A DNA stretch of 64,000 nucleotides, from NCBI GenBank assembly GCA_963771275.1, contig CAVYSW010000005.1, positions 122,460 to 186,459 of the forward strand. Reading direction: 5' to 3'. The notes beneath the pieces were generated by a model that worked only from the letters and a program-made list of their open reading frames with translations, had not been told where the DNA came from and ran no database searches. Below, piece by piece: positions 19,295-27,438 of the stretch. The translations under genes were made by a program, and so were the position numbers. The stretch comes from an uncultured Gemmatimonadales bacterium (GTDB lineage Bacteria; Gemmatimonadota; Gemmatimonadetes; Gemmatimonadales; GWC2-71-9). Numbering within the stretch: position 1 is the stretch's first letter; each line of letters opens with the position of its first letter.

Positions 19295-19960
19295 ATGCGG
19301 TGTGTCGGAGGCGTGTGGTGGGGGAGCGTGCTCGGGGCGGTCGCCGTGGGGGCCCAGGCGCCGATGCGTGAGGCGTCAGCCCAGGACCCGGGCGCGACGC
19401 CGGGGTTCGAGCAGCTCCTCAAGACGCCCGACGGCGGATACTCCAAGGCTGGGTGGAACCACTACGGTCCGGGCTACTTCGATCTCGATCCGCAGACCGG
19501 GATGCTGACGTCGCACGGCGGCATGGGTCTGTTCTGGTACGCGGTCCGAGAGTACGCCGACTTCGTGCTCGAGCTGGATTTCAGGTGCACGGACGGGGCG
19601 ACCAACTCCGGCGTGTTCCTGCGGGTGCCCGGTGTGCCGTCGAGCGACGACTACATCTATCACAGCTTCGAGATCCAGATCGACGACGCGAGCGCAGGGA
19701 TTCACCACACCGGTGCGGTGTACGACGCGGAGGCGCCAAGCGCGCTCGCGTCGAAGCCGCCGGGCGAGTGGAATCACTACGCGATCACCTTTCGGGGCGG
19801 CCACGTCACCGTCGAGCTCAACGGCACGAAGGTGATCGACTGGGAAGCCGAGCCGCGGGGCAAGGTGCGGGACTGGGCACGGCGGGGCTACATCGGGCTC
19901 CAGAACCACGACAACCAGAGCCCCGTGTCCTTCCGCAACATCTTCGTCAAGCAGCTCTAG
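19295..19960 (+). CDS. DUF1080 protein (3-keto-disaccharide hydrolase-like)
   Basis: YADFVLELDF, NSGVFLR, FEIQIDD, GEWNHY, GYIGLQNH, FRNIFVK; signal-like N-terminus. Confidence 0.9.
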   Translation: MRCVGGVWWGSVLGAVAVGAQAPMREASAQDPGATPGFEQLLKTPDGGYSKAGWNHYGPGYFDLDPQTGMLTSHGGMGLFWYAVREYADFVLELDFRCTDGATNSGVFLRVPGVPSSDDYIYHSFEIQIDDASAGIHHTGAVYDAEAPSALASKPPGEWNHYAITFRGGHVTVELNGTKVIDWEAEPRGKVRDWARRGYIGLQNHDNQSPVSFRNIFVKQL

Positions 19961-20624
19961 CCGGCGTGGTGGATCGGGTGGGCGCCGGCACGAGGCGCCC
20001 GCTCCACCACCACGCGAGCCCCGCGAGCACCACCCCGCAGCCGACGTCCGCCACGTAATGCTGCTTGACGAACACGGTCGAGACCGAGATGCCCACGAGG
20101 AGCGCCAGCAGCAAGTGCGGCCGTCGCAGGGCGGGACGACACGCGAAATAGAACAGCCAGGCGGTCGCCACATGAAGGCTCGGGAAGTGGTTGTACGACG
20201 GGTCGTGGTACTCGAGCCAGAGCAGGAACGTCGCGACCGAGCGGATCTCGAGCCGCGGCCGCTCAAGGTACACCGGGAAGGCGAGGTACGTGGCGTACGC
20301 CGCCGCGAGCGTGACGCCGATCGCCACGAGCAGCCGCGCGAACGCGCGCGCGTCGGGCAGCCGGAACAGCGCCACGAGCGGCACGAAGTAGGCGAGCACG
20401 TAGAGGAACTCGAACTCGGGCACGAACGGGATTGCCTGCTCGCGGGGCAGCCAGAGCGCGTGCGCGGGCCGGCCAATGCTGAGCGCGTTGACGGCGCTGT
20501 ACGTGACGGCGAAGATCGCGTAGGTCACGAGCAGCACCACGACGAGGCGGCGCCGTTGGAGGCGCCCCTCGGGGGCGACCCACCGGGAGAGGCCGGCGAG
20601 CGTGGTGGGGCGAGGCTGAGGCAT
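19947..20624 (-). CDS. PAP2-superfamily membrane phosphotransferase/phosphatase (IPC-synthase-like)
   Basis: DPSYNHFPSLHVA and STVFVKQHYVADV motifs; several TM helices. Confidence 0.8.
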   Translation of the reverse strand: MPQPRPTTLAGLSRWVAPEGRLQRRRLVVVLLVTYAIFAVTYSAVNALSIGRPAHALWLPREQAIPFVPEFEFLYVLAYFVPLVALFRLPDARAFARLLVAIGVTLAAAYATYLAFPVYLERPRLEIRSVATFLLWLEYHDPSYNHFPSLHVATAWLFYFACRPALRRPHLLLALLVGISVSTVFVKQHYVADVGCGVVLAGLAWWWSGRLVPAPTRSTTPARAA

Positions 20625-20671
20625 CGCGCTGCAAACTGCGCCGCGGGCCACCCGGAGACAACGGGGGTGTG

Positions 20672-21463
20672 ATGACGCCCTTCCGCCTGGAGAAGTGGTA
20701 CCTCGACGTCGTGGGCGACGACGGGACGCTGCTGATCGTCACGCTCGGGGAGCTCCGGCTCGGGGGGCTGCGACGCGCACGCCTGGCGGCGGAGCTGCAT
20801 CGCCCGGATGGGACCACGGTCCGGGACACGCTGTCGCTGGCCCATTTCCGACGCACCAGCGGCGGCTGCACTTTCGCGGCGGGTGGGCTGGAGCCGGACG
20901 GGCTCGCGTGGCGCGCGCCTGGTCTGTCCGGGTCGGTCCGCCTGGTGCCCAGATTCCCGGCCTTCACGCCCGCCGATCCGCTGCTCGCGACCCGCCGCCG
21001 GTCGCTCCGCTGGACGGTCGAGATCCCCGACGCCGATGCGGCGGTCGACCTGACTTGGCCCACGGGCCGGCTCGCGCTGGGCGGCCGTGCCTACTGCGAT
21101 CGCGTGCTGCTGGACGCGATGCCCTGGCGGCTTGGGCTGCGCCGGCTCGCCTGGGGCCACGCGGTATTCCCGACCGGGGCCACCTGGTGGCTCGAGCTCG
21201 TGACGCGCCGCCACACCATTGCCGCCACGTGGCGTGACGGCGTGCTCTCCGCCGGCTGCGCCCCGCCGGCGCTGGAGCCGGCGCGCACCCTGGGGGATTA
21301 CCGCGTAGTGGATCTCCCCGTCTTGCGGATCCCGCCGCTCGGCACGGTGGTCCGGTGGCTGGCGGGCGATCCGCACCAGCAGCGCTGGCTCGCCCGGGCA
21401 GTCGGCGCGGAGCGCGGCTGGTCGGTTCACGAGCTGGTACGCTGGCGCGCGGGCGACGCTTGA
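20672..21463 (+). CDS. Hypothetical protein with CrtC/AttH/tocopherol-cyclase-like N-terminal motif
   Basis: LEKWYLDVVGDDG and GRAYCD..L...PW resemble that beta-rich fold family. Confidence 0.5.
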   Translation: MTPFRLEKWYLDVVGDDGTLLIVTLGELRLGGLRRARLAAELHRPDGTTVRDTLSLAHFRRTSGGCTFAAGGLEPDGLAWRAPGLSGSVRLVPRFPAFTPADPLLATRRRSLRWTVEIPDADAAVDLTWPTGRLALGGRAYCDRVLLDAMPWRLGLRRLAWGHAVFPTGATWWLELVTRRHTIAATWRDGVLSAGCAPPALEPARTLGDYRVVDLPVLRIPPLGTVVRWLAGDPHQQRWLARAVGAERGWSVHELVRWRAGDA

Positions 21464-21513
21464 CGGGCGCTTGACACCCGGCCCGTACGCTCCCCGCGAC
21501 TCAAGGAGGCTTC

Positions 21514-22896
21514 ATGCGCGAGATGCCGGACCCGGGGGCCTGGGGCCTCGAGCGCCGCGAGGGCCGTCTCCGGCTCGACGGGTGCGATCTCCCGGCGCTC
21601 GCCGCCGAGCATGGCACGCCGCTCCACGTCGTGTCGGCGCGGACGCTGCGCGAGCGCGTGGCCGCGTTCCGCGCGGCGTTCGCTGCCTACCCCGGGCCGG
21701 TGCGGGTCTGTTTCTCCTACAAGACCAATCGGCTGCTTGGGGTGCTGCGGGTGCTGCACGACGCCGGCTGCGGTGCCGAGGTCGTGGATGAGCTGGAGCT
21801 CCGACTTGCCCGCGCGCTCGGGGTGCCGCCCGCCGACACCGTGCTCAACGGACCGTGCAAGACCGACGACGAGCTGGCGCTGGCCGTCGCGTCGGGCACC
21901 GGCCTGGTGGTGGTGGACGGCCTGGGGGAGATCGCCCGGTTGGCGCGTCGGGCGGAGGTGGCGGGGGTCCGCGTGCCGGTCGCGCTGCGCGTCTGTCCCG
22001 GCGTGCGCCCGCGCGGCATGAACGTCTCGTCGGCCACCGGGGCGCGGCGGGCGCAGTTCGGGTTCGATCGGCGGTCGGGGGAGCTGCGGGACGCGATCCG
22101 CGCCGCGCTCGCCGAGCCCGCGCTGGAGCTGCGCGGCGTGATGGCCCACATCGGCTCGGGGATCCGTGACCTCCGTGCCGTCGCGCGGGGCATCGAGCGG
22201 CTGCTCGACGTGCAGCAGGCGATCGCCGCGGCCGGCGCCCGGGCGGACGTGCTCGACGTGGGTGGCGGCCTCGGCGCCCGGCTGTCACGCGAGCTCACGA
22301 CGTTCGAGATGCTGCGCTATTTCGCCGTCGGGCGGCTGCCGGCGCGGTGGCGCCCGGGTCCGGCCGATCTGGTGCGGCGCTACGCGACCACGGTGATCGC
22401 GACCGTCGCAGCCGGGTGCGCCCACCGCGGACTCGCGATTCCCGCGCTCGTGCTCGAGCCGGGCCGGACCCTGGTGAGCGACGCGCAGGTCCTGCTGCTG
22501 CGCGTGGGCGCGGTCCGGGAGCGCCCCGGGATCGGTCGGTTCGCGCTCACCGACGGCGGGGCGATGACCGTCTCGATGATGTTCCTCTCAGAGCAGCACG
22601 CCCTGCTGCTCGCCAACCGCGACGCGCCGGTCGCCGGCCGGACCAACGTGTTCGGGCGCCTGCCCAGCCCGATGGACGTGGTGTACCGCGGCGCCGCGCT
22701 GCCGCGACTCGAAGTGGGCGACCTGCTCGCCGTCATGGATGCGGGCGCGTACTTCACCGCCACGGAGACCTGCTTTGGCGGCGCGCGGCCGGCGGTGGTG
22801 CTGGTCGACGACGGCGCGCCGCGCCTGATTCGCCGGCGCGAGTCCCTCGCCGACCGAGTGGCGCTCGAGGTGGACGGCGATGCGATCCCGCAGTAG
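21514..22896 (+). CDS. PLP-dependent fold-III decarboxylase-like protein (LysA-like, divergent)
   Basis: HGTPL, FSYKTN (PLP Lys), LNGPCK, HIGSG, DVGGG, LEPGR, DAGAY; AAGGAGG RBS. Confidence 0.85.
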   Translation: MREMPDPGAWGLERREGRLRLDGCDLPALAAEHGTPLHVVSARTLRERVAAFRAAFAAYPGPVRVCFSYKTNRLLGVLRVLHDAGCGAEVVDELELRLARALGVPPADTVLNGPCKTDDELALAVASGTGLVVVDGLGEIARLARRAEVAGVRVPVALRVCPGVRPRGMNVSSATGARRAQFGFDRRSGELRDAIRAALAEPALELRGVMAHIGSGIRDLRAVARGIERLLDVQQAIAAAGARADVLDVGGGLGARLSRELTTFEMLRYFAVGRLPARWRPGPADLVRRYATTVIATVAAGCAHRGLAIPALVLEPGRTLVSDAQVLLLRVGAVRERPGIGRFALTDGGAMTVSMMFLSEQHALLLANRDAPVAGRTNVFGRLPSPMDVVYRGAALPRLEVGDLLAVMDAGAYFTATETCFGGARPAVVLVDDGAPRLIRRRESLADRVALEVDGDAIPQ

Positions 22897-24457
22897 CGAA
22901 GCCCGCCGGCGGGCCCTCGTAGTCACCGCCTACGTGCTCGTGTTCTGGGTGGCGCTCCCGGTGCTGCTGTGGATGGCGGGGCGCGCGATCGACCGGCTTG
23001 CCGGCTGGTTGCCGGCTCCATGGGCCGGTGGTTGGGTAGTAGGCGCGGCGGGGCTGGCGTACATGGCTTGGGCCATCGCCGCGCTGTGGCGCCATGGCGG
23101 CGGGGTCCCGGTGAGCGCGCTGCCGCCGCCTCGGCTGACGCGTCGCGGACCGTATGCCCGCGCGCGCCATCCGATCTACCTCGGCGCTACCCTGGTGGTG
23201 TTCGGCGCCGGCCTCGCGCTTGGCTCGCGCGGCCTCGCCTGGGTCGTGGCGCCGCTGTTCGTCCCGCTGTGGATCGGCTACGCGCTGCTGGAGGAGCGGG
23301 GCCTCGTACGCCGCTTCGGCGGGGAGTACCGGCGCTACCGGCGGGAGGTGGGCCTGTGCCCGCGGCCCGGGCTCTACCGCCTGAGCCAGGCGGTGCAGGT
23401 CTGCCGGGTGCTGGACGTGCGGATCGAGGGACGCGAGCATCTGCCGCGCCGCGGTCCGGTCGTCCTCGTGTACAATCACGCCTGCTATCTCGACGCGGGG
23501 TTCGCGGGGACGGCCACCGGGCGTCCGGTCCACCACCTGACGACGGCGGAGGTGTATCGACGCGGCACAATGCGCTGGCTCGTGAGCCACTTCGTCAACG
23601 TGCCCGTCCGGCGCTACCGGCCCGATCCCACCGCCATGCGCGCGGTGCTGCGGCTGCTGGACGAGGGCGCCGTGGTGGGCATCGCGGTCGAGGGCGAGCG
23701 GTCGCTGCTGGGTGACTACCAGGGAGCGCTGCCCGACGTGGCCGGCATCGTGGCGCGGCTCGGCGTTGCGGTCGTTCCGGTCGGTCTGAGCGGTAACTAC
23801 GATGCCGGACCACGCTGGGCCGATGTCGTGCGGCGGCGCCCCGTGCGGGTGCGGGTGGGCCCGCCCATCGCCTTTGGCGGTGATCCGGCCGCCGTGATCG
23901 ACGACGCGCTGCGCCGGTTGCTGGATGCGGATCCGCAGCCCCTACGACTCACCGGTCTGCCGATGGCCAAGCTGGGCCGCGTGCTGTGGCGCTGTCCGCG
24001 CTGCGGCGACGTGGGGCGCTGGCGCGCGGCCGCGCTCGGCTGCGACGGGTGCGGCGCGCGCTTCACGGGCACCGCCGAGGGCTGGCTGAGGGACGAACGA
24101 GGTGCGCGCACGACCATCGCCGCACTCGGCACGAGCGTCGCCGCGTTTCCCGAGGAGGACCGGCTCGCCGTCGTGGGCTCGGTGTGGCGCGAGGGTTCGA
24201 TGTACGGGCCCATCAAGCCCCTCCTCCCCGTGGCGCGCGGGCAGGTCGCGGTGACACCCGATGCGATCGCGTTCGACGGCGGGCAGGTGCCGCTGCGCGT
24301 GGTGCGGCGTGTGTCGACGGAGCGGGCGGACACGCTGCAGATCGCCACGCTTGCCGCCATGTGGCAGGTGCGCGTGGCCGAGGGCTCGGCCTTTCGGCTG
24401 GCGCGGGCGGTGCGGCGGTGGTGCGGGACCCGCCTCCCGGCCGGGAGCGTCGCGTGA
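22880..24457 (+). CDS. Fusion: ICMT/PEMT-like membrane methyltransferase + PlsC-type acyltransferase + CxxC zinc ribbon
   Basis: GPYARARHPIY...EERGL..RFG.EY..Y; NHACYLD (HxxxxD) and EGER; CPRC/CDGC. Confidence 0.85.
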   Translation: MRSRSSEARRRALVVTAYVLVFWVALPVLLWMAGRAIDRLAGWLPAPWAGGWVVGAAGLAYMAWAIAALWRHGGGVPVSALPPPRLTRRGPYARARHPIYLGATLVVFGAGLALGSRGLAWVVAPLFVPLWIGYALLEERGLVRRFGGEYRRYRREVGLCPRPGLYRLSQAVQVCRVLDVRIEGREHLPRRGPVVLVYNHACYLDAGFAGTATGRPVHHLTTAEVYRRGTMRWLVSHFVNVPVRRYRPDPTAMRAVLRLLDEGAVVGIAVEGERSLLGDYQGALPDVAGIVARLGVAVVPVGLSGNYDAGPRWADVVRRRPVRVRVGPPIAFGGDPAAVIDDALRRLLDADPQPLRLTGLPMAKLGRVLWRCPRCGDVGRWRAAALGCDGCGARFTGTAEGWLRDERGARTTIAALGTSVAAFPEEDRLAVVGSVWREGSMYGPIKPLLPVARGQVAVTPDAIAFDGGQVPLRVVRRVSTERADTLQIATLAAMWQVRVAEGSAFRLARAVRRWCGTRLPAGSVA

Positions 24458-24777
24458 CGAACGACTCCCTGCTCGACGTGCGCACGTCGCCCGGTGGTTC
24501 GGGCGCCTGGGCTCCTGCCAGCTCCGTCCCGCGCATCGCGGCGGTGGAGTGATCTCCGGCACGACGGCGGCCTGGGCGGCCAGCACCCGCCCGCCCCCGC
24601 GGTCGAGATGGTCGTGAGCAGGGAGCCACAGAGCCGGGCTGGCCGGCGTCTACCCAAGCCAGCGCATCGCCCCCGACCGGAGGAGCGCCCGGAGCCGTGC
24701 CGGCTTGACCGCACGGGGCCCTCGCTTCACTATGGGGGTGGAAGAAGGCAAGCTCACCGGGAAGCAAGGGGGTCCAC

Positions 24778-26223
24778 ATGTGGAAGCGCGGTATGCTGCC
24801 CGTCTCGGCGGCGCTCGCGATCCTGTGCCTGTCACAGCCAGCGGCGGCCCAGAAACTGGGCTCGATCGAGATCGGCGCGTTCGGCCGGTATACCATCTTC
24901 GACAACGGGATCAACCTCAAGAACGCCATCGGGGGAGGCGGTCAGCTCGGCTTCTACCTCATGCCGCGGCTCTCGCTGGAGTTCTCGGGGGCGTACGTCC
25001 CCACGAAGGACAAGGCAACCGAGGCGGTGAACGTCAAGCACATCCCCGCGTTTGCCCGATTGCTGGTCAACGTCCCGGTGGGCGAGAAGTTCTCGATCCT
25101 CGTGGGAGGCGGGTACCTGCGCTCCTTCTACATGTATGGCGTCCCCGACAGCACCCAGCACCATGGCGCGCACGGCCTGCTCGGGTTCCGCGCCTGGCTC
25201 ACGGACGCCGTGAGCGTGCGGGCCGAGGGGATCCTGCAGTACACGCCCACGCAGTATCACGTCGACCCGGCGCAGAAGACCTACGCCGTCCAGCTCGGCG
25301 TGAGCTACGTGATGGGCCGGGCCGGCAAGGACACCGACGCCGACGGCGTGCCGGACAACAAGGATGCATGCGCCGCGACGCCGGCGGGCGTGCGGGTCGA
25401 TGCGGCGGGCTGCCCGCTGGATACCGACAAGGACCACGTTGCGGACTACCAGGATCGCTGCCCCAATACGCCGGCCGGGGCCCAGGTAGACGGTAGCGGC
25501 TGCCCGACGGATGCGGACAAGGACGGTGTGTTCGATGGGCTCGACAAGTGCCCCAATACCCCCGTGGGAGCGCAGGTCGATGCGTCGGGCTGCCCGACCG
25601 ACGCCGACAAGGACGGCGTGTTCGACGGCCTCGACAAGTGCGCCAACACGCCGGCCGGCACTCCGGTGGGCGCGACCGGCTGCCCGCGCGACTCCGACGC
25701 CGACGGCGTGAACGACGCGCTGGACAAGTGCCCCAACACGCCGGCCGGGGCGCAGGTGGATGGCACCGGCTGCCCGACGGACGCGGACAAGGACGGTGTG
25801 TTCGACGGTCTCGACAAGTGCCCCAACACGCCGGCCGGCCGGCAGGTGGATGCGAACGGCTGCCCGGTGCTGTTCGAGGAGAACAAGCCGCTCATTCTGC
25901 AGGGCGTCACGTTCGCGACCGGCAAGGCCGACCTGACCGGGAACTCGCGCACGGTGCTGGATCTGGTGGCCCAGTCGCTGATCGGCTGGCCCGATCTCAA
26001 GGTGGAAGTCGCCGGATTCACCGACAACACCGGCTCGGCGGCCGTGAACTCGCGGCTGTCGCAGGCCCGGGCGGAGGCGGTGCGCGCGTACCTGATCTCC
26101 AAGGGTGTGCCGGCCGCTCGGCTCACGGCCAAGGGCTACGGGCCCGCGCAGCCGATTGCCCCGAACACCACGCCGGCAGGGCGGGAGAAGAACCGTCGGG
26201 TGGAGCTGCGCAAGACCAGCTGA
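24778..26223 (+). CDS. OmpA family protein with thrombospondin type-3 repeats
   Basis: Signal peptide, beta-barrel N-terminus, DxDxDG repeats, GFTD...NSRLSQARA and NRRVE peptidoglycan-binding domain. Confidence 0.95.
   Translation: MWKRGMLPVSAALAILCLSQPAAAQKLGSIEIGAFGRYTIFDNGINLKNAIGGGGQLGFYLMPRLSLEFSGAYVPTKDKATEAVNVKHIPAFARLLVNVPVGEKFSILVGGGYLRSFYMYGVPDSTQHHGAHGLLGFRAWLTDAVSVRAEGILQYTPTQYHVDPAQKTYAVQLGVSYVMGRAGKDTDADGVPDNKDACAATPAGVRVDAAGCPLDTDKDHVADYQDRCPNTPAGAQVDGSGCPTDADKDGVFDGLDKCPNTPVGAQVDASGCPTDADKDGVFDGLDKCANTPAGTPVGATGCPRDSDADGVNDALDKCPNTPAGAQVDGTGCPTDADKDGVFDGLDKCPNTPAGRQVDANGCPVLFEENKPLILQGVTFATGKADLTGNSRTVLDLVAQSLIGWPDLKVEVAGFTDNTGSAAVNSRLSQARAEAVRAYLISKGVPAARLTAKGYGPAQPIAPNTTPAGREKNRRVELRKTS
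25330..25869 (+). repeat. Six tandem 90-bp (30-aa) TSP3 Ca-binding repeats within the OmpA gene
   Basis: DADKDGVFDGLDKCPNTPAGAQVDxxGCPT-type units. Confidence 0.9.
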
Positions 26224-26242
26224 CCTGAACGGCGGGGATCGC

Positions 26243-26280
26243 AGGCCGGTGGGGACGCCGCAAGGTGTCTTCACCGGCCT
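26243..26280. terminator. GCAA-tetraloop hairpin between convergent OmpA and ProX genes
   Basis: aggccggtggggacgcc-gcaa-ggtgtcttcaccggcct, with G-U pairs. Confidence 0.65.
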
Positions 26281-26297
26281 TCGCCTGCCCGGGCCGA

Positions 26298-26825
26298 TCA
26301 CACCTCCGCGAAGTCGAGCAGGAGGGGCGGATGACCCTCGGCTTCGAGGAAGCGGATCAGATCGGCGGCGGCGATCGCCGTGGTCATGGTGTTGTCGAGC
26401 GGGTGGAGGTTCACCGGGTCGCGCGTGAGCACCGCCTGATCAAGTACCACGCGGACGGTACGCGCGCGATCGTTGATGACGGCGAAGGGACTTACGGCTC
26501 CGGGTATCACCCCCAGGTGGCGCATCAGGCGCGCGGGGCTGCCGAAGGAGAGGCGCCGAGCACCCAGGCGCTCGGCGAGGCGCCGCAAGTCCACCGGCCG
26601 GTCCTCGAGACACACCACGAGCCACATGGCCTCCCTGGGGTCCCGCAGAAACAGGCTCTTGGTGTGGACACCGGGCAGGTCGCCCCGCAGGCGCCGGGCC
26701 TCGTCCACCGTGAACACCGGCGGGTGCGCCACCGTCCGCTCGGCGATGCCGAGCGCGCGCAGGCGCGCGAGCAGCTGCGTCGCGGTTGTGGGGGGATCGT
26801 CTGACGGTGGGCTCGGGTCGGTCAT
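26298..26825 (-). CDS. Prolyl-tRNA editing protein (ProX/PrdX, YbaK superfamily)
   Basis: HPPVFTV, TKSLFLRD, LSFGS, LGVIPGAVSPF, NLHPLDN. Confidence 0.92.
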   Translation of the reverse strand: MTDPSPPSDDPPTTATQLLARLRALGIAERTVAHPPVFTVDEARRLRGDLPGVHTKSLFLRDPREAMWLVVCLEDRPVDLRRLAERLGARRLSFGSPARLMRHLGVIPGAVSPFAVINDRARTVRVVLDQAVLTRDPVNLHPLDNTMTTAIAAADLIRFLEAEGHPPLLLDFAEV

Positions 26826-26971
26826 GGCGTGGCGCTCGGCGCTCGGGAACGCAAAGATCGTGGCGCGGGGCGGGCGCGACCAGGGGGCGGCTGCGCGGCG
26901 CGGTGGCGGCGCGCGCTCTCGCGCGCTTTCCAGGGCGCGCGTATCTTGCAGGCACTCGTCTCGGAGGTTTC

Positions 26972-27414
26972 ATGGGCTTGTTACGGACTCTCAGCGCCGC
27001 GGTCGCGGTGTCATCCGCCGCCCTCGCGCTCGGCGCCTGCGGCAGTAGCAGCGGGCCGAGCGGCACGGCGCAGGATTTCAGCGGCAGCTATACGCTGGTG
27101 TCGTTCGCGCAGGGGACGCCGGCGGGCGTCATCGATGTCCCGGGCACGACGGGCACCGTGACGCTCACCGCGACTCACTACGACGTCTCGCTCTCGATAC
27201 CGCTCCCTGGGGCCTTCCCCCGCTCGACCTCACCGACCAGGGCACCTATTCGGCGATCGGCACGGCGACCAGCGGTACGTTCACGCAGCAGTCCACGGTG
27301 GATCCGTCGTTGCAGTACACGGGTACCTACAGCGTCGATGCGGCCACCAACCAGCTCACCATGGACACGACCGCACAGGGCGTGCGGACGGTCATCGTCC
27401 TCCAGAAGACCTGA
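26972..27414 (+). pseudogene. Lipoprotein gene with a one-base frameshift in a C-run at about 27217-27221 (may be a sequencing error)
   Basis: GGAGG + ATG, LGAC lipobox; adding one C gives ...AFPPLDLTDQGTY...VIVLQKT* ending at 27414. Confidence 0.7.
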
Positions 27415-27438
27415 CGTGTCACGTCGGGACGGGCTCTG

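Noticed and set aside
24454..24552. 32-codon ORF overlapping the acyltransferase fusion stop (GTGA)
   Set aside because: No clear RBS, motif or compositional support.
25330..25869. Regularly spaced repeats as a possible CRISPR array
   Set aside because: In-frame 90-bp coding TSP3 repeats with synonymous variation, no unique spacers, no cas genes.
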